Shown here: positions 59,059 through 64,000 of the stretch, one piece after another | Numbering within the stretch: position 1 is the first letter of the stretch | Layout: every line of letters starts with the position of its first letter | Source of the DNA: Eremomyces bilateralis CBS 781.70 | Taxonomy: Eukaryota | NCBI GenBank assembly: GCA_010015585.1 | Contig: ML975177.1 | DNA length: 64,000 bases | Direction: 5' to 3' (one strand) | The notes under the pieces: generated by a model | Databases searched by the model: none | Seen by the model: the letters and a program-made list of their open reading frames with translations, nothing else | What the model was told of the DNA's origin: nothing | Position numbers and translations under genes: made by a program

Positions 59059-62000
59059 TTACAAATACCTCTTCTCAAGGGACTCGTCATAGCATTGAAT
59101 TTGGTCGCCAACTTTGAAGTCCTCCCAGTTGTCAAATCCAATACCGCACTCGGTACCCTTGCGCATTTCCGTGGTGTCCTTCTTGACGTTTTTTAATGAA
59201 GAAAGCGAGCCTGTGAGAAGGTTAGCCAGGAACTTGAGCGACGGGGATAATTACGGGAAGGCAATGGGCTGTTGTTCCGAAGCTGTGTCGACATACCTTG
59301 GTAGATGACGTCCTTATTCCGCAGAACTTTGACTTTGCTGTTTCGGGTCATGACGCCGTTCTTGACCTTGCATCCCGCAATGAAGAGCTGCTTGTTGCGC
59401 TTCATGTTGATGGGGAAGATCTGCGCGATTTCCGCCTCGCCCGTGACCTTCTGTACCACAAGCGGAGGAAGGAACTCGCTCAGCTTCGCCCGGATATCTT
59501 CGGTTACCCTGTAGATAATATTCTGGTCGAAAATATCGACACCGAGCCTCTTCGCTTCCACCATGAATTTCGGGTCGACCCGCGTATTGAACGAGATGAT
59601 GTGACCGTGGGCGACGGCCGCGAAGTCCAGGTCCGTCTCGGTGACGGGGCCGACAGCCGACCGAACGATGATAGGGCGGACTTCTGCGTTTCCAATGCCA
59701 GATATGACGTTCACGACCGCTTCGACCGATCCCGAAACATCGGCTTTGACGATGAAAGGAATCGTCTTCGGCCCTGTAAGCGCGGTGTTCTCCCCCATTT
59801 TTTCCGCATCCTCGCTTGCTCTATCTTGATCTTTTGCTTTTCCATCTGCCGTCTCCTTCTCCCGCTTCCGTCGCTCCTGTACAAGCTTGCGCGCCTCATT
59901 GATCGCTTCCATGTCCTTCGCCATCCGTTGTCGATCGGCTTTCGCCTGACGGAAGTCGACCACCCGGGCGGCGTGCTGCTCGTCTTCGGCCTGCAAAACT
60001 TCATCGCCGGCCTCGGGTTGCGCTCTCCATCCGTCGATTTCGGCCGGCATGCCGGGACCGACCGACTTCATGGGTTTTCCAGCTTCGTTCATCAGGCGCC
60101 GGACGCGTGCCCATGTTTTGCCCGCGACGATGATATCGCCAGGTCTTAAGGTGCCTCGTCGAACGAGAACCGTCGCCATCAATCCGTCCCGCTTCTTGCT
60201 TGATTCGAGGACCCACCCTTCAGCTTTTCCATCCGGGTCGGCTCGGTTGTCCAACATTTCTGAGAGTGTCACGGTGGCTTCTTCGAGCTCGTCCATTCCT
60301 TGACCGGTCTTTCCGCTCACAAGGATGGCTTGAGTGTCACCTCCGAAATCTTCGATCTCGATTCCATTGACTGCTAGGTCCTGTTTGACCCGCCGAGGGT
60401 TTGCATCTTCCTTGTCAACTTTGTTGATGGCGACAATGATTGGGACTTTTGCGGCGTGGGCATGCTTGATTGCCTCGAGAGTCTGGGGCATAATGCTGTC
60501 ATCTGCAGCAACAACCAGAATAACGATATCGGTAACATTCGCACCACGCTCACGCATGGTCAAAAAGGCCGCATGGCCCGGAGTATCCAGGAAAGTGATG
60601 GTCTTTCCTGAGGAGGAGAGCGGCACGCTGAAAGCACCAATGTGCTGGGTGATCCCGCCATGTTCGTTTGCGGCAATCGATGATTTGCGCAAGTAATCTA
60701 AGAGAGTAGTCTTTCCATGATCGACATGTCCCATGATGGTTACGACAGGGGGTCGTTGAGGCCAACTGCTTTTGTCTTCTGGATTAGGAGCAGGGAACAA
60801 GTCTTTCTCATCCTCATCCTTAGTTTGCTGAGGGTTAAAGCCATACTCTTGAGCAACCAAACCCGCATCTTCTCCTGTGAGTACTTGATCGTGATTGACA
60901 TCTTCAAACCCAAGCTCGAGCATCTTGTTGACAAACTTGTCTAGTGGAACCCCAAGAGCCTGGGCGAGGTTGGAAACCGAAATGAATTCGGGGAGAATGA
61001 TTTCCGCCCTTTTTTTCTTGGCTGCCTCAGCCCTTCTAAGGTCTTTCATCGTCCGGCGAAGGGCTCGGTCGACGTGGGCTTCAGAATAGGAGACATCCCC
61101 ATGCCCTCGACCCTTGGCGACCACCGGTCGGCGTCGTGGTTTCTCTTCCATTCCGGAGTGACGCTGTCGCTCCGAAGACCAACGCGAAGGGCTCGGTTGT
61201 GGATTGTAGAAGTCATCAGTAGACGCTACACGTGGTGCAGGTTTTGGGACGACAGGGTTTGGGAACCCTGCCTTTAAGTTTGTGTCTGGCTGTGAGCGCA
61301 GCGGAAGATGCGAGTCAAATGTGGGCGAATAAGATGCAGTGGCAGGCTGTCTTCTTGTTTCAGTATCTGGTCCACTGGGCCCTTCGTGTCGGGCCATTGG
61401 TGTTTTGCGGAGGCAATTCATAGACCAGTGCTCCTTGCTCCCACATATTCTGCATCCTTGCTGGCCCAGCTGAACGTAATTGCCGCCCCGTGTCTCCTGC
61501 CGGCGTTTCTCCCGACCCTGAAGATATGCCTCCATCTTCGGGTCCCGCTCTTGCACGGCTGGGGCCACTATCTTGTGGCTTGCTCCTAACGGTTCTCCTC
61601 GGGATCCTCCCAGTAAATTCCATGACGCTGCGTCTGGGGGTGGTTGTGGGGGTGTCGTGGCCTGTGGCGTGTCGTGCGGATGAAGTCGGAATTGCAGCGG
61701 CCTCGATTCGAGTTGGGCTTCTCTCGTGCGGGGCGTAAGGTTATGCTGCCAGTTAAGCGGTCGTTTATTTTGGGTTGGAGTACGAAACCCAGGGGTAGAA
61801 CCACTGCCGCTATCTTCTCTCACGCCCGGTGAACGGGGAGCCTGAGAGACACTCGGAGCGGGAGTCCTTCTTACAACAGGCTCGCGCCGAACAGGACGTA
61901 AACCTGCCGCATGGATTCGGGGCCCAGACTGTTCCTTTCGCTCGAATAAAGCCTGTCTTTCCCGCAACTCTCCCTGTGACAAGTCCGAGTTTACTCTAGG

Positions 62001-62288
62001 TCTTGTGATCTGGTTCGACGGTATACTAAACTGTCCGAAGCCCTGCCACTGACTCCTGTCTCCATCTTGGTTGGCTTGCGACTCTTCCCGTGGAGCGACT
62101 TGCCATTGAGGGCGTGATTGAGAAGGTTGAGAGTAGGGTCGTCGAGCAGTCCATGTCAGAGCATGTGGTCTAAAGAAGCCGGCGCATATCGAGCAGATCT
62201 CATGTGGATGAGAAAGTTTCTGAAGGACGATCAGATTGACAGACACGAAAGGAGAGGGAAAGTTATTCCCATACCTTGATAGACGCAT
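59059..62288 (-). CDS. IFM1: Mitochondrial translation initiation factor IF-2
   Basis: [54 protein letters not shown] and last exon SSLKNVKKD...GTECGI. The start (MRLSR + intron) is inferred. Confidence 0.95.
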
Positions 62289-64000
62289 TTCGAGGCATAG
62301 TATAGAGTGAAACAGCCCCAATACAAAGAACTTCCACAACTAAAAAGAGGTATCAAGTGGTTCCATCGGCGATTCAATTCCGCAGTGAGCTCCAGCCGCG
62401 AGATGCCAACAGGAGATACCGATTGCCATCAAAAAAGTTCCGGTCGAGATCCCGATAATAAGTGGGGCCACTTTATATATAGCACGTGACTGCCTGAGAT
62501 ACTGGCAGGGACATCGACGATCCAGAAATGACATGAACTGTTTCAACTCCAAAAACCTCTCCCATTCACAGTTCACCTAATTATATTCGATATTCGATAA
62601 TGTCTTCTGAGTGCCTTAGCATTGATTGGTTCGCAGGCCTAAAAAATATTTTAGAACTCAGTTTCCCTTCTTCATTTAATATATCCGATCAGGCCGTGAA
62701 TCGACTGACGGCATCAAGAGTTCAGGACTACATCCTCAAATGATCCCCCTTCTTTCATTGCGCACCTGATCCGTGTACAACATACGGTACGCCATTCAAT
62801 CGAGGTGCTGGAGTGGCTACTCTGCTATCTCGGCAGCTTTGGGCGGCATTGGGCTTCCCGATTACGTACTTGCTTAAAAATGCTATGCCTGACACGTTTG
62901 GGATTCCGTATCGCGATCGCTATCGCGTTACATCAACCCTAGTGCCCTCCGTCACCAAGAATGTTGCTCTCGTATGTTCCATCGTCTTTCTCCTCTGCAT
63001 GAGGTATTTGCTTCCGCAATTTACAAGAAATCTCAAGTCAAAATTGTTAACTAGGGCTGTGGTACCTATTAATACCTACGCGACCTCCCGCAGGACCCAG
63101 GGGCCAGGACAGGGACAATGCACAATAATCAATAATGGAGCTTTGTTGGCAATCCAACCACTTAGCCAATGGGAGAATTGGCAATGAATGATCACCAATT
63201 TGGGTCAGACATGCTGCATGAGTGATGAGGCAATCGTCCAAACGAGTCAGGAATGTATTTCAAGAGTTCATCCGCGTAGCAACTAACTGGGGGTAGCCCA
63301 CTCTCACTAAGAGCTCTAGAAACATGAATAGCAGCGACAGGCCAAAAACCCCAAACCATCGAGGCGGAGCACCACGTGTGAAGTCCAGAAATACTTCCTA
63401 GCTATGCCTTATCAGGTTATCCTAGATTTCCATGTACGTACTTGGCGACAATCCCCACTCTTGCCTCTCAAAGACCAGGGTAACTTGAGGGTCGGCTTGG
63501 AGTCCACTGCAGGTTGCTATATATTGACAATGGATTGTTTTTGCCATCATGGAGACAGCCGAGATCGCGACGCCCGTGAACTAAGGAACTCTCCGCCGCT
63601 GCTACAACTCCCCTGCGACACACCGGCGATTCTACCATCCGGGAGATAGTCTGTTTGGCATGAACGAGATACTCATCCAGGGGCCTGGCCTTCGAATGGC
63701 ATCGGCTTAAATGGCTACCGTATTATCTATCATGATGGTAATTATATTTACCGTGAGACAGTCGTGGTGGGTGCTAGCCTACGACAGACCGCCGGTTTAA
63801 CCGGACCGTAAGCGCATGCCAACATTAATAATACAATGATGACCATGTACGGCATGTACATAATAGTATCAGAGACTCGGAGTCAAACAAGCCAAAAGAT
63901 GACTGGCGCGGATCGGATGGCTTCCGCGTCGTGGTGGAGGCGCGGAGCAATTTAATCTTTCTAAGTTCTTACATAGTTACTACTTACAGAACGGCGCATG

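Noticed and set aside
59298..60149. 283-aa antisense ORF within IF2
   Set aside because: Codon-mirror antisense frame with no independent coding signal.
1..64000. tRNA, rRNA, snRNA or snoRNA genes
   Set aside because: No convincing cloverleaf, rRNA or C/D box pattern seen by eye; a tRNAscan/Infernal run would be needed to exclude them.

Overview
This window is eukaryotic, filamentous-ascomycete (Pezizomycotina-type) genomic DNA with short GT-AG introns and CTRAC branch points. The first ~5.8 kb appears to be the right-hand part of an AcademH-like DNA transposon. It carries an intact-looking DDE transposase (DUF6589-like, entering from upstream of the window) convergent with a RecQ-like SF2 helicase, and ends at ...GCCCTA 5790 with a 17-bp subterminal inverted repeat. 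Housekeeping genes follow: OST5, RAD1 of the 9-1-1 clamp, a cyclophilin-RRM (PPIL4), GWT1, GLY1, RNA14, UNC-50/GMH1 and mitochondrial IF2. Accessory content lies between them: a Zn2Cys6 regulator, an orphan/degenerate ORF island, a small Cys/His-rich protein, a FunK1 kinase pseudogene, a CarX-like carotenoid oxygenase, a GT8, a P450, an MFS transporter, a cutinase and a peroxisomal FATP-type acyl-CoA ligase. A catalytically intact Argonaute has an unusually complex 5' region, with two alternative N-termini and several putative non-coding exons. All calls come from manual motif recognition; no searches were run.
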